This document shows, in pieces, positions 23,952-34,254 of a DNA stretch of 45,062 bases. Within the stretch, counting starts at the first letter, position 1; every line of letters starts with the position of its first letter. A model generated the notes under the pieces. It made no database searches and was not told the DNA's origin. It was given only the letters and a program-made list of their open reading frames with translations. Origin of the DNA: a virus. Taxonomy: Duplodnaviria; Caudoviricetes. The stretch is taken from positions 1 through 45,062 of IMG/VR virus record IMGVR_UViG_3300038679_000084; one strand, written 5' to 3'. The position numbers were made by a program, and so were the translations under genes.

Positions 23952-25722
23952 AAAATAGCTCAACCCTGCAATAGCGCAGCACCATCGTATCCGCCGCGTT
24001 GGACAACTCCCCCGTGACCACGAGGCCAACCGTCGCCGCGTCCGTGTCCACGGTGCCGCCAACGCCATTCGAAGCCGAGAGGCCAAAACCCCCAGGGGCG
24101 AGGGCTCCGGTCGCAAGCTGCGACGCCGCGTTGTTACGATTGAACACCTCGAACTCGTCCACGAGCGTAATGAAGGTACTGAAGGACACGGTTCGCATAG
24201 TAGTCCCACCGATGCCGCCCCAACGGTAACGCAAGGTCCGCGTGTCCGTTCCATCGTTCGTCGTAGCTAATAGCTTGACGCGCACCGCGCCATTGGGACC
24301 CATGGCCCCTCGCGGAATTGTGATCGTCGCGAGCGCGGTCTCCGCCGTGGTCCCGGTAAGCGAGACCGCTGGCGACAGATTGAAGATCACGCGAGCGGGC
24401 TGAAGCCCCGCGCCCTGCTGGATATTCGAATGCCCCGCCATGAGCGGCACGGGGAGACCCGCCGGGGACGAACCCCGCTGAATCCCCGGCCCCAGATAGA
24501 CCTGCGTCGCCGTATCAGTCGATTGCGTTCCTTGTTGATCGAGCACGGCGCCCCATGCGCCGTCCACGCAGATGTCATCGACGCGCACGCGGTTCACGTC
24601 GGCGGAGGTGGGCAACCTGATGAAGGGAACGGCGTCGGGCGTATTGTTGAAGCCGCGCCCCCCGATGATGTGGCAAACTTGAATACGGCCGCCCCGGAAA
24701 TCGAGCCCCCCGTCGAGCACGGGGGAGGGGTCATCGAACTGACCGAACGTGAACTGGCAACTATCGATCATCAAGCTTGACCAAACCCCCGCGCTCTTAA
24801 TGAGGGATTTGGATATCTGCGCGTGAACGCCGACAAGCTCGACCACGTTGACGACATGGTTCGTGTCCTTGGTCGTGTTGTCGTCCAGGAAAAGGTGCCG
24901 CCCGCCGAACTCGCAGGCGCCCGACAAGTAAATCCCCTCGATGGGGCCAGTCGGGGATGCCGCGTGCGTGAGCTGGATAACCGTATTCGATAGCCCCCAG
25001 GAACAGGAGTTGACGTAGAACTGGCTCATGCCAGATGCGTTCTGCTTGACAATCTCAAGCGAGCAAGCCGAGCGGGTCACGTCGTTATCGAACGCCCCCA
25101 GGCCGACATTGAGCAGGTTGACGCGGTTGAACGTCACCATGCCGCCGTCTACCAGGCGGATGCCCTTGTCGAAGTATTTAGAGGCTTCCAGCCCGAGAAC
25201 TGATATGTCGGTGAACGTCGCGCGGGGGACGGACGACACATAGCCCGTATAACCCCACCGGCCCTCGATCGGCACGCCTCCATTGCCCGGCGTGGTCGTG
25301 TTGCCCTTGAGGATCGTCAAGGACCGCATCTCGAACTTACGCGGGTCCGTGACGCTATTGTTCGTATCGATGAACAGAATACCCGCCGCGTCCGTGGTCG
25401 TCTGGATGACGGTCATGTCCCGCCCAGCGCCGCTAATACGCAGCCGCTTGTCGGTGAAAGTAATGAGGCTCGGAAGAACCCAAGTCCCGGCCGGGATGAA
25501 CAGATCAAGCCGCTCATCGGGAAGCGCCGCGAGGGTCTCCAGCGCCTCGGTAAGACCGCCGCCGGGCTCCACGCCGCCGAAGGCCACGACATTAATGGAC
25601 CCGCCAAGGTAGGCCGTCACCGCGCGGAACTGGGCGCGCAGCTCGCGGATCAGCGAGTTGAACTCCTGAACGATAATTTCAAGCGTAAACTGGCCTATGA
25701 TCTCGCGGAAACTCATGGTCAA
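23941..25722 (-). CDS. Tail spike with pectate-lyase-like beta-helix
   Basis: INVVAFG, LFIPAGTW and LRISGAG motifs typical of the Pectate_lyase_3 start; repetitive beta-strand pattern. Confidence 0.72.
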   Translation of the reverse strand: MTMSFREIIGQFTLEIIVQEFNSLIRELRAQFRAVTAYLGGSINVVAFGGVEPGGGLTEALETLAALPDERLDLFIPAGTWVLPSLITFTDKRLRISGAGRDMTVIQTTTDAAGILFIDTNNSVTDPRKFEMRSLTILKGNTTTPGNGGVPIEGRWGYTGYVSSVPRATFTDISVLGLEASKYFDKGIRLVDGGMVTFNRVNLLNVGLGAFDNDVTRSACSLEIVKQNASGMSQFYVNSCSWGLSNTVIQLTHAASPTGPIEGIYLSGACEFGGRHLFLDDNTTKDTNHVVNVVELVGVHAQISKSLIKSAGVWSSLMIDSCQFTFGQFDDPSPVLDGGLDFRGGRIQVCHIIGGRGFNNTPDAVPFIRLPTSADVNRVRVDDICVDGAWGAVLDQQGTQSTDTATQVYLGPGIQRGSSPAGLPVPLMAGHSNIQQGAGLQPARVIFNLSPAVSLTGTTAETALATITIPRGAMGPNGAVRVKLLATTNDGTDTRTLRYRWGGIGGTTMRTVSFSTFITLVDEFEVFNRNNAASQLATGALAPGGFGLSASNGVGGTVDTDAATVGLVVTGELSNAADTMVLRYCRVELFYGA

Positions 25723-27047
25723 GCCAAGGTAAGAGTAGCGGAGCGCGTAACCCCATCGGTGCCACGGTGGTAGAAGACCAGTTGCGTGTTGCTCACAGCC
25801 GCGACGGACACCTGCCCGTTCGCCGTTAGCGTCGGAGCCGTCGCCTTGGCGTTGAAGACCGGCCAGACATTACGCCCGGAGTCGTGCCCACCTAGAAACA
25901 GCCGGTCATCGCTCTCAAGCGAGATATAGCGCCCCGTGGCCTTATCCGGCCCCCAGACGATGCGGTGCGCGATTCCGAGCCAGAGGCCCGCGTTATCCCC
26001 GATGGTCGCGTCCTTCAACCGTACCCCGTAGTCGAAATGGTCAGCATCCCCAGTCGCGGAATCGCCGAACGCCAAGCCGCCGTAGCGCTGCCCGCTCGTC
26101 GTGCCACCGAGTACGCGGATCGCCTCGCCATCCCCCGCGACACTCGGCGGCGATGAATTGCGATCGATCAGGATGCTTGTCCACCATCCGCCCGGCGATC
26201 CGGGATTCTGACTATTAGTGCTCCTTACGATCCATATGCCCGCCGTGCTAGGGAAAGAGGTCGAGCCGTCGTTATTGAGCAGGATGCCGACGTGGCGCCC
26301 CGCGCTGGACGGACGGGATTGCCAGCCTTTATCGACTTCCTGGTTGGCGACATCAATCTCGTGACCGACAACACTAGCGGTCGTACAGCCCACGCGGACC
26401 AAAGCCTCGGACCAACCCCCGAAAACAGCATTAGCGGTCGCGCCGAACATGACTTCGGCGCGCAAGTGCCCGCCTATGCTCTCGGTCGCGCCGAACTGAT
26501 CGCGAACATAAAATGTACCAGCGACACTACGCCCGTCGCCCGCGTACCGCGTCGTATTGACCTCGAACGCGCGCTCCCATTTCGGGTCCACCACCGAAAG
26601 CGCGCTAGCCGTGGCCTTCTCAACCATCATCACGGGGGCGGGCTCCGTGATTGGCGATGCTTGGCTACCAGCCTGGTATCCGAGGGCAATAGCCTGCGCG
26701 AGCTGCCCGCTCCCAAACGCGGACCCCGCCACTTGGACACCGAACCCGTTCTCGATAGGGCGGTCGAGCGCAAGCAACCCGTGGGGCGTCGCGGCGCGGG
26801 CGTCGGCGGCCGCCGTGCTCCAACTCGCCGCCGTGCCATAGTCCGTGATGAAAGGTACAGGCCGCGCCCGCGCGGTGTCGGGTACGAAAAGCTGCCCCGC
26901 CGCGTCCGCGACCCGCCCCGTTCCGGAGCCCGAGACCCAGACGCCGCCGTTCAGCGTCTGGAACCTGCTATGCCGAATCGTCCAGTTCGCGATGTCCGCG
27001 CGGTCCAGGATAGCCAGCGTCCGCGCTATGTCGTCGAAGTCCGTCAT
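25719..27047 (-). CDS. Tail fibre / spike protein
   Basis: 442 aa, beta-rich; C-terminal RGTDGVTRSATLTLA is typical of tail fibre ends. Confidence 0.62.
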   Translation of the reverse strand: MTDFDDIARTLAILDRADIANWTIRHSRFQTLNGGVWVSGSGTGRVADAAGQLFVPDTARARPVPFITDYGTAASWSTAAADARAATPHGLLALDRPIENGFGVQVAGSAFGSGQLAQAIALGYQAGSQASPITEPAPVMMVEKATASALSVVDPKWERAFEVNTTRYAGDGRSVAGTFYVRDQFGATESIGGHLRAEVMFGATANAVFGGWSEALVRVGCTTASVVGHEIDVANQEVDKGWQSRPSSAGRHVGILLNNDGSTSFPSTAGIWIVRSTNSQNPGSPGGWWTSILIDRNSSPPSVAGDGEAIRVLGGTTSGQRYGGLAFGDSATGDADHFDYGVRLKDATIGDNAGLWLGIAHRIVWGPDKATGRYISLESDDRLFLGGHDSGRNVWPVFNAKATAPTLTANGQVSVAAVSNTQLVFYHRGTDGVTRSATLTLA

Positions 27048-27418
27048 GGCGTGCAGTCCATCCCGCTGATAATCGTGTACGTGTTCCCGCCCGGATCCTG
27101 AACCTTCAACGAGCAGAGGCCCGCGCTCTCGGTCACGTAGAGCCGCACTGTGTTAAGCGGGGGCGCGGCGGGAGGGAAAAGGGCCTTAAGCACAATGTCA
27201 TTCTGCCCCTGCGAGGACGGCACGGGGACAAAGAGGCCCCGCGACGCGTAAAGATAGCCGATCGGCACGCATTGCGGGATATTCGGAGGCCGCATGTTCG
27301 TGATGCATACCGCATTGGGCTCCGCTCCCGGCGCGACGCTGATGATCGCGGGCGGATAGACCTGCTGCGCGGCAGCGGGCGCCCCCAGAAAGAAGAACAC
27401 GAGCAACCAACGGATCAC
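27044..27418 (-). CDS. Hypothetical protein with signal-peptide-like N-terminus
   Basis: MIRWLLVFFFLGAPAAA-Q; coupled to both neighbours. Confidence 0.6.
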   Translation of the reverse strand: MIRWLLVFFFLGAPAAAQQVYPPAIISVAPGAEPNAVCITNMRPPNIPQCVPIGYLYASRGLFVPVPSSQGQNDIVLKALFPPAAPPLNTVRLYVTESAGLCSLKVQDPGGNTYTIISGMDCTP

Positions 27419-29610
27419 GCCAACCCCCCAAGGTCATTGCCGAATGTCTTCTCATAGCGCTTGACGCGCACGCAAACATTAAGCACGCCGCCCGTGAAAT
27501 TGGAAGTCTTGGCCACGACGGTAAGGGACGTGGACGCGTTATAAGCCTTGTTTACCGCCACGCCAGCGTCTGTATAATCAGCGGAGGTCGTGTTGCTCCC
27601 GACAGCCGTCGCGGTCTTATCGCCGAAGGCATCCACGTCGCCCGCCAGGATGCCGAGCGTCCAGCCCGCCGCACCCGTAATCGCGACGTGCACGGTGGAC
27701 GTAACGCCCAGAAGGGTTTCACCGTCAGCCACGGCCGCCGCGATCGTCACGGAGGTGCCAGTCAGCGCGACATTAAAGACGCGGGTTTCCTCGACCTCGA
27801 CCATGCAGCCGGGGAAGAACCGCTTGATCGTGCCATCCTCAAAGATGAAGGTGGCGAAATTATCGTAGGACGTGTCCTTCACATTCTCGGCATAGCGCAC
27901 GTCCTTCGGGAAGCCGATAAGATAAAGCTCGATATCGTTCCGCCGCGCGTTCGTGGCATCGAGCCGCACGAGGGTCTTGTTCGCGGCGGGCGGCGTAAGA
28001 ATCTTAAGCGTGCCCTTCCAGACGAGATTATTCACGTCCAGGCCAACGTCCCCGAACTCCAGGATAGGCGCCGCCCCCGTCCAGGCCGCGATCTCTAGCT
28101 TAATGTTCTCGCACCGGAGGTTCGCGATCGAGGTCGTGATGTTGAATACAGATGCCGTGCTAGACACGTCATCGATAATGGTTGCATCAATGTCCCGGAT
28201 AATGCCGCCCATCGTCGTGAGCGGCGTACCAGAAGGCACGTCCTGGAGATGGAAAGGCGCGGTGCTCAGTCCCAGCCCACTATTCGCCGTGCAGACCGCA
28301 TATTCGATCGCGGGCGCGTAAATGTCGTGGATGAGCACGCGATCCGCCGCGCCTTGTATCACGCCGCCTGGGTTGAAGGACTCAATGTCATGAACATGCG
28401 CGAACGCGCAACCCCGGAACTTCGCGGTCGCATGCGCGCCGTCGAGTATATAAAAGTAGCCGCCGTGGTCCTTGAGCGGGCCGATCTCCAGCGCGCGGCA
28501 ACCCTGCTGCGCCCCCACGCCGTCGGTGTCGGTCGTGGCGTAGAACACGTGGGGGGACGCGTTCGCGGGCGACCCGGATTCCCCCGACAATAGACCGATC
28601 GAACCCGCGCGTATAACTTCCCCCCGTACATGGAGAAAAGCATCATGGGCGTTACCCCCCATGATAACCCCGTCGAAAGTCGGCTCGTAAACGACGTGCT
28701 TAGGCTCCTGCCCGGCCAGGCCGTTCGTGATAACGCACCCGTTGCGAATAAACGAACCGGCGTCGGCATCCGCCCCAGTGTTCGTCAGCGACGTGAAACG
28801 GGGCTTGATCAGAATATCACTTCCACCAGCCGACAGAATAATCGGCGTGCTCAACCCGCCATTGCCACCGAGCTGAGCGACGCCCGCGATAGCGGCCGGG
28901 CCGCCGCCTTCCGCGACACCCGGGCGGGGGTAATAATTCTGGTAGAAGTCTTGGAACCGGGAAGGGAACAACCTATGCGGGTAGTGCGCCTGGTCAAGCG
29001 CGCCGCCAAAGCAGATTTCGCAATCGAAAATAATACGGGTCCGACCATCTTGCCAGAACATCGGCACGCCGGCCTCGGCGTTGAAGCAGATCGCGCCTCC
29101 ACCCACGGTTTTGATATGCGCGAAATCGAGAAGCTCCACAACGTCCGCAGCCGAGCTGAAAGCGATCCCGGTCGGGTACGAAATAACGCCGGGCAAGCGG
29201 TAATAAGCCGACGCACGGACGAGCCACTTCAACGCCTCGATATCGTTCGTCGTAAGCGTCTTGGTCGCGCGATCGTAATCACAGACCGCGCCCCCCTGCT
29301 CGACCCGAATAACGCCATCGGGAAAAGTCTGCACCCAATAACCAGCGCCCACAGCCTTGGCCGTATAATCCCAAGCGGGCGGGGCGTCGTCCCGCCAATC
29401 CCAATACTGCCGAACAGGCCGGCCCCCTACCCAAGCCGTCGTGACAGCTAAAACCTGCGCGCCGGGGAGCTGCTCCATGGCGAGCAGCTCATCAGGCGAT
29501 CCGATCGTGGCCAAGGAACGGTTGTCGCGGCGAATGAGTTCATTCACCCTCGCGCCAAGCCCTGTTACGTCAAACGGCCCCGACAATTCTTCCATTAGGT
29601 CTTCTCGCAA
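27415..29610 (-). CDS. Tail spike / depolymerase-like protein
   Basis: 731 aa; IRVEQGGAVCD...ND..AL start of a beta-helix; ATG29595 is an alternative start. Confidence 0.62.
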   Translation of the reverse strand: MREDLMEELSGPFDVTGLGARVNELIRRDNRSLATIGSPDELLAMEQLPGAQVLAVTTAWVGGRPVRQYWDWRDDAPPAWDYTAKAVGAGYWVQTFPDGVIRVEQGGAVCDYDRATKTLTTNDIEALKWLVRASAYYRLPGVISYPTGIAFSSAADVVELLDFAHIKTVGGGAICFNAEAGVPMFWQDGRTRIIFDCEICFGGALDQAHYPHRLFPSRFQDFYQNYYPRPGVAEGGGPAAIAGVAQLGGNGGLSTPIILSAGGSDILIKPRFTSLTNTGADADAGSFIRNGCVITNGLAGQEPKHVVYEPTFDGVIMGGNAHDAFLHVRGEVIRAGSIGLLSGESGSPANASPHVFYATTDTDGVGAQQGCRALEIGPLKDHGGYFYILDGAHATAKFRGCAFAHVHDIESFNPGGVIQGAADRVLIHDIYAPAIEYAVCTANSGLGLSTAPFHLQDVPSGTPLTTMGGIIRDIDATIIDDVSSTASVFNITTSIANLRCENIKLEIAAWTGAAPILEFGDVGLDVNNLVWKGTLKILTPPAANKTLVRLDATNARRNDIELYLIGFPKDVRYAENVKDTSYDNFATFIFEDGTIKRFFPGCMVEVEETRVFNVALTGTSVTIAAAVADGETLLGVTSTVHVAITGAAGWTLGILAGDVDAFGDKTATAVGSNTTSADYTDAGVAVNKAYNASTSLTVVAKTSNFTGGVLNVCVRVKRYEKTFGNDLGGLA

Positions 29611-30368
29611 AGCAGGAGTGCGACGTTCGTCGGGCGGGTCTCGGTGCCAGAATTGCCAGAATTAGCCCCAGACGTGCCCCCCGCGAGCCCCGCGTTCACG
29701 GTGGCACCCGAGGCGGCGACTGTCCCGTTCGGCGTCGTGATCGCGTGCGTATGGGTCTGCACCTGATGATCCTGGAAAGAACCCAGCGTACGGCTCGGGT
29801 CAATGCCGCTTCCCGACGTGTTCAGTGAGCGGACGAACCGGCCCCGATAGTCGGGATAGCCCCCGGAGCCGTTCAGCGGCGCCCATCCCGAAGGGCAGGA
29901 AGCCAGCCGGAAGGGCATGACGGCGCCCGTCGGCACCGCGCCGGCGTCCACGTAGGCTTTCGTGGCCGCGTCCGTGCTGCTCGTGGGCGTCGAAACGTTG
30001 ATAACGCGCTTGCTGGCGACGTTGATAGTCGTCGTTGTTACGATAAATTGACTGGTGCCCGCGATAGCAAACCCCAGGGCCGTGCCATTCCAGAAAACGC
30101 CAGTATCGGCGGCCCAGCGAAGCGCGGGCGTAGATGAAATGGACAAAGTAGTCAGCGCGGTAATGTCCGCGTTCACGCCGCTTCCCGCCGCGTTGCTGTT
30201 CACTTGCGACTTGATATAGTTGAAATTCGCGTTAACCTGCGCGGCCGACGCGAGTGTGTTCGGTACGAACGTATACGGATAGGTTCCGACGAGCTGCGCC
30301 TGAACGGGAGAAGCCGCCATGCAAGCGACAACAGCGGCCGTGCTAAGCAATCTGTTGCGAGTATCCAA
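29595..30368 (-). CDS. Tail fibre protein with tail-collar domain
   Basis: VPTGAVMPF..CPSGW, PDYRGRFVR, LGSFQD..HTH, ETRPTNVAL collar motifs; N-terminal ASAAQVNANF; TTG start after GGAG. Confidence 0.8.
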   Translation of the reverse strand: MDTRNRLLSTAAVVACMAASPVQAQLVGTYPYTFVPNTLASAAQVNANFNYIKSQVNSNAAGSGVNADITALTTLSISSTPALRWAADTGVFWNGTALGFAIAGTSQFIVTTTTINVASKRVINVSTPTSSTDAATKAYVDAGAVPTGAVMPFRLASCPSGWAPLNGSGGYPDYRGRFVRSLNTSGSGIDPSRTLGSFQDHQVQTHTHAITTPNGTVAASGATVNAGLAGGTSGANSGNSGTETRPTNVALLLCEKT

Positions 30369-32337
30369 GACTTTGCTCCCGGAGAAAGATGTCGCCCAGT
30401 CGGAGAAAACTGGAGTTCTCACCGACGATCGACAATTGCGCGCGTCGGTAGACGACTGGCTGGGGCCAGTTTATCTGGCGTGGGCGGTAAACGCTAGTCG
30501 CCCCATCCCAAACCGCCTCGTCCCAGTTAAACTGATCCCAAAACGTGGAGGTCGATGCCACGGCGTAGGATGCCTGCCCGACGATGCCCATAATCTCGTC
30601 CAGCACGGAGAGGGTGACGCTGGACGTGGCACCGAATGACATGCAAACCGAGGTCTCGGCAAGATAGAACTGCGACATGACGCCAAGGTCATGCATCGGC
30701 GCGGTGCGCAACTCGAACTGCATCTGCTCGCCATTCTCGACGAACGTCGAGGTCACGGTCTGCTCCGTGTCCGAACGATATAACGCGGCGTTAACGCCAC
30801 GCGGCGCCAGCACGAAGGATGCGCCAAAGTTCGATATGAGGCTCGCGGGGAACGTGTGCGGCCCCGACCATTTCCCCAGGGCGAAGTCAAACCAGACTTC
30901 CTGGTAGGGAGCCCCTTCCTCGCGGAAATTCTGGTACGAGATCCGCAGAACGCGCGCGTTCGCGCTGATCGCGACTTCCTCCGGCGTCGGCAGGCCGATA
31001 AAAGGATACGCGACGCCGGTGCCATTCTGCCCGACAGGGTCGCTGACGACGCCTTCCTGATTGATAAGGCGGACGCCGTCCGGCGACAGGAAGAAAAGCC
31101 CCTTGGGGCTCGTCGCCACGCCCGCGCTCGAGAGCGTTGTCGTCTGGACGTTCAGCGCGTTGACCGTGATGCCCGCGACTTCAAGCCGCGTCGTTACCGA
31201 ACCCGTCGCGAGGTCCGTCGTCGTCGATTGAGAAACGTCGCCCGTCACCTGGTAGATATTATGGGTGCCGTCCGGAGACCCCTTGAACACCATGAGGCTT
31301 TGGATGATACCTCCGCCCTGGTTCTTGAACGGCAAGCCGTGGAGCGTAATAATAGGAACGCTATCGCCGTAGGTTATAACCTGGGTGCCGCTCGTGATCG
31401 TGAGCACGCCGGCGTCGGTAAAATACGTACCAGCTGGCGCGTTCGTGGGGTTCACGGCGAACCAAATACGGTCCATGAACTGTTCCGCCGCCACGGGGAT
31501 GAGGGGCAGGGGAACGCCCAGTGTATTGGTCGCGTCCCAAACCGGCGCTCCGGGCGTCGAGATATCGAAAACGCCGAAATAGGCATCGGGGTGCCCGGTC
31601 GTCGTGCTCGCCACGGATGGGGTGGGCGTCGTGCCTCCCGACAGGCTGTTCGCGCCGATCGTGATAAGCGGCTGGGGCTGCTTACCGAGCGGTCCCTGGA
31701 AGGTAATGGTAACAGGTGTACCGGGGAGCGGGCCGCCGGCGCAGACGACATTGGGCGTGCCGACGGTCGAGAGCGCGCGGAGCGCGGTCTGAACCGCGCC
31801 AGCCGAGTCGTTATAATTGATCGGCGCGGTCGTTTGCCCCTTGAACACGAGCGTGAAGGTCCCGCCCGTAGGGCCCCCCGTAATCGAGAGCGTCTGAACC
31901 GCGTTCACGCCGCCCGCGCCGCTGAACCCCGGGTGCGTGACGATGAGCCGGGAACCCATCTGCGCGATATAGTCGTCCTTGAACCCCGCCACGGTCGCGG
32001 GCGTGTTCCCCGCCGTGATCCCGGAGACCGTCAGGAAGGCACCCGCCGCGATGTCGTAGGCGAACGGCTCGTCCTTGCCAGGGTTGCGCTCGCTATCAAT
32101 CAGTCCGTAAGCGATGCCATCCCGTACCTGCAAGACGGAAATAAAGCCCGGCGCGTTGAACCCTGCGAAGTCAGTGAGCAGCGTGGCGGCGGGGCGCGCT
32201 TGCCACGTATTCGCATTCGCGGGATCGGGAATTAGGTTCTTGAGAAGCGCGCACGCGCCGGGGATACCGCGCGCCTCGTCCAGCGCGTCGCTCAACCCAA
32301 AGGGTGAAAACGACCTGGGGACAGCACGCAGCGTCAC
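30343..32337 (-). CDS. Tail nozzle / stabilisation protein (P22 gp10- or T7 gp12-like position)
   Basis: Large beta-rich protein after the adaptor; LKNLIP..ARP N-terminus; internal QTLSITGGPTGGTFTL insertion; GTG32337 after GGGAG. Confidence 0.6.
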   Translation of the reverse strand: MTLRAVPRSFSPFGLSDALDEARGIPGACALLKNLIPDPANANTWQARPAATLLTDFAGFNAPGFISVLQVRDGIAYGLIDSERNPGKDEPFAYDIAAGAFLTVSGITAGNTPATVAGFKDDYIAQMGSRLIVTHPGFSGAGGVNAVQTLSITGGPTGGTFTLVFKGQTTAPINYNDSAGAVQTALRALSTVGTPNVVCAGGPLPGTPVTITFQGPLGKQPQPLITIGANSLSGGTTPTPSVASTTTGHPDAYFGVFDISTPGAPVWDATNTLGVPLPLIPVAAEQFMDRIWFAVNPTNAPAGTYFTDAGVLTITSGTQVITYGDSVPIITLHGLPFKNQGGGIIQSLMVFKGSPDGTHNIYQVTGDVSQSTTTDLATGSVTTRLEVAGITVNALNVQTTTLSSAGVATSPKGLFFLSPDGVRLINQEGVVSDPVGQNGTGVAYPFIGLPTPEEVAISANARVLRISYQNFREEGAPYQEVWFDFALGKWSGPHTFPASLISNFGASFVLAPRGVNAALYRSDTEQTVTSTFVENGEQMQFELRTAPMHDLGVMSQFYLAETSVCMSFGATSSVTLSVLDEIMGIVGQASYAVASTSTFWDQFNWDEAVWDGATSVYRPRQINWPQPVVYRRAQLSIVGENSSFLRLGDIFLREQSLGYSQQIA

Positions 32338-32339
32338 GT

Positions 32340-33083
32340 CTAGCTCCCAAGGTAAGAGGACTTGGAATCCCAATCCCGACCCGAACGCCGCCCTCGACGA
32401 AAGAACCGCCGGTCGAGCTTGATCGTGGGCGGCGCGCCGCGCACGTCGTCCTGGCTGCGCTTGTGCTGCGCCAGCAGGTACCCGGCGCCCATGATACCGT
32501 TGTTCATCTCCGGCCGGGCGTCGCTAAGCCATGCGCCCGCGCGATCGTCGTTCGTGAGCTTCATCAACTCGCCGGCGAGGCGCGTAATGAGGTAATTGCT
32601 ATTCGGAAACCAAGGGACGTCCGTGCTCTGCGCCGGGTTCACGATGTCAGGCATACGCCGGAAATAGCGCAACTGCACGGGGTAAGAGCCCATGGGGCGC
32701 GGCCACACAAAGAGCTGGGGCGGGGCCAGATCGCGGCGTGTCGTAAGATAGCGCGGGAAATTCTCAATACCCGGAACCTGGGAAAGCCAGTCGTATTCCT
32801 CGATCCGGACGTGGATCAGCCCCTGAAGAAGCCCGTCAACGGTGTACGTCGCGCCATCGAGCATGACGCGCAGATAGTCGTCGGGAAGAATATAGGGGCC
32901 TTCGTTCGAGCCCGTGGGGCCGTTGAACGTAAACTGATGGAGGGAACGCGCCTCCACCAGATCGTGATCACCGCACAAATTCTCCAGGATGGAGTTCAAC
33001 AAGAACCCCGCCTGGTCCATATAGCCGGGGCACTTAGCCTGCTGCGCCGCCAGCGCTATGATGTTCGCCGCTGTCAAGGCCAT
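32340..33083 (-). CDS. Head-tail adaptor / tail tubular protein A-like
   Basis: MALTAANII..A N-terminus, YILPDDY, LFVWPRP..Y.VQLRY; position after the capsid genes. Confidence 0.62.
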   Translation of the reverse strand: MALTAANIIALAAQQAKCPGYMDQAGFLLNSILENLCGDHDLVEARSLHQFTFNGPTGSNEGPYILPDDYLRVMLDGATYTVDGLLQGLIHVRIEEYDWLSQVPGIENFPRYLTTRRDLAPPQLFVWPRPMGSYPVQLRYFRRMPDIVNPAQSTDVPWFPNSNYLITRLAGELMKLTNDDRAGAWLSDARPEMNNGIMGAGYLLAQHKRSQDDVRGAPPTIKLDRRFFRRGRRSGRDWDSKSSYLGS

Positions 33084-33489
33084 TTGGAAGCCCCACCACT
33101 TTCTTGAGTGAGCTGATCATCGCCTGAAGCTTCTCATGTTCCTCACGAAGATGCTTGACCGTGCCTTCAGTCTGCACGATCTGAGTATCAAACTTATGCT
33201 GCTCGCCCCGGTTCTTCGGCGCGGCGCCAGGAGGTGTATGAACGAGCTTCGTCAAATCATCCCGCGCGGCGCCGAGCCTCCGAACCGTGTCGTCAGCCTG
33301 CATCTCCATCATGGCGAGCTTCTGCTTCGCCAATTGCCGCCCCGCGAGGCCCTCAAGCAGGTCGAGATAGGCGTTCAGCGCGGCAACGTCCGTGTCGCGC
33401 GGGAACGCCGTCTGGAACGTCATCTCCGAGTTCCCCAGGGGAACGCGCATCCCGATATGCAGCACGATATCCTTAATTTCGTCCGACAT
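33034..33489 (-). CDS. Coiled-coil hypothetical protein
   Basis: ATG33489 (MSDEIK) within track ORF 33034..33519. Confidence 0.55.
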   Translation of the reverse strand: MSDEIKDIVLHIGMRVPLGNSEMTFQTAFPRDTDVAALNAYLDLLEGLAGRQLAKQKLAMMEMQADDTVRRLGAARDDLTKLVHTPPGAAPKNRGEQHKFDTQIVQTEGTVKHLREEHEKLQAMISSLKKVVGLPNGLDSGEHHSAGGAAG

Positions 33490-33907
33490 TAAAAGCCCCT
33501 GTGGCGGTTCCTGATCCACTCAGAATAAGCCCCATGCGCTGGCGATACTCGCGCTCATTGCGCGTTCCCTTGGAAACGGCGTCCTGCGCCCAGGCCCGGT
33601 AAATCTGGTCCTGGATCACGGATCGCACGGCGCGGTTCACCTTGTAGGAGTAACCAGTGTAATAGCGCGTACCGTCCAATTGAATCCACGGGCAAGCGTC
33701 CGTGACACTCGAGGGAAGAAGGATACGAACCTCGCAAAGCTTCTCGTCGGGAGAAAGCTTCTGGCGAACGAGCTTGCGCGCGTGGCGCGCGTACCGATCC
33801 TTTGCCTGCTCAATACGGACCTGCGCGTAAGCGCGTTCCGCCGCTTCATCGATTTCCTGCTTCTGCGCCTTCGTAAGAAGGGCGAAGTCTTCAGCTTCTT
33901 CCGCCAC
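33473..33907 (-). CDS. Hypothetical protein
   Basis: AAGGTGA RBS, GTG start, 144 aa. Confidence 0.6.
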   Translation of the reverse strand: MAEEAEDFALLTKAQKQEIDEAAERAYAQVRIEQAKDRYARHARKLVRQKLSPDEKLCEVRILLPSSVTDACPWIQLDGTRYYTGYSYKVNRAVRSVIQDQIYRAWAQDAVSKGTRNEREYRQRMGLILSGSGTATGAFNVGRN

Positions 33908-33918
33908 GAATCACCTTT

Positions 33919-34209
33919 CTATGAATGGACGTAGCCGGCGCCCGCCGCCGCGGCGGCGCTGACAATGATGGGCCAGCCCGTCGCCGCGTCAACCCCGATA
34001 TAGTCACCGGGCATCAACCTGATAAGCCCGCGCCTTGGGATGGAAAGCCCAGTCTGGGTAAGCGCGAACGTGGGCGTGGACTCGCCCGCCCGGTCGTTCA
34101 AAATGAGAGCGGACAGCGCCCGGACGTCGTCGTCCGTCGTGGCCGCCCCCTTGTACTCGAGCGCGGTCAACGTGGTCGTCGCGGCGGTCCCGAGTGTAAC
34201 CAGTGCCAT
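33919..34209 (-). CDS. Small virion protein
   Basis: GGAG RBS; immediately downstream of the major capsid gene. Confidence 0.6.
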   Translation of the reverse strand: MALVTLGTAATTTLTALEYKGAATTDDDVRALSALILNDRAGESTPTFALTQTGLSIPRRGLIRLMPGDYIGVDAATGWPIIVSAAAAAGAGYVHS

Positions 34210-34223
34210 ATCAAGTCTCCGTT

Positions 34224-34245
34224 GAAAGGGCGGCTCGCGCCGCCC
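34224..34245 (-). terminator. Hairpin terminator after major capsid gene
   Basis: Minus strand GGGCGGC-GCGA-GCCGCCC-TTTC (GNRA loop, short U tract). Confidence 0.55.
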
Positions 34246-34254
34246 CCGGTTTTA

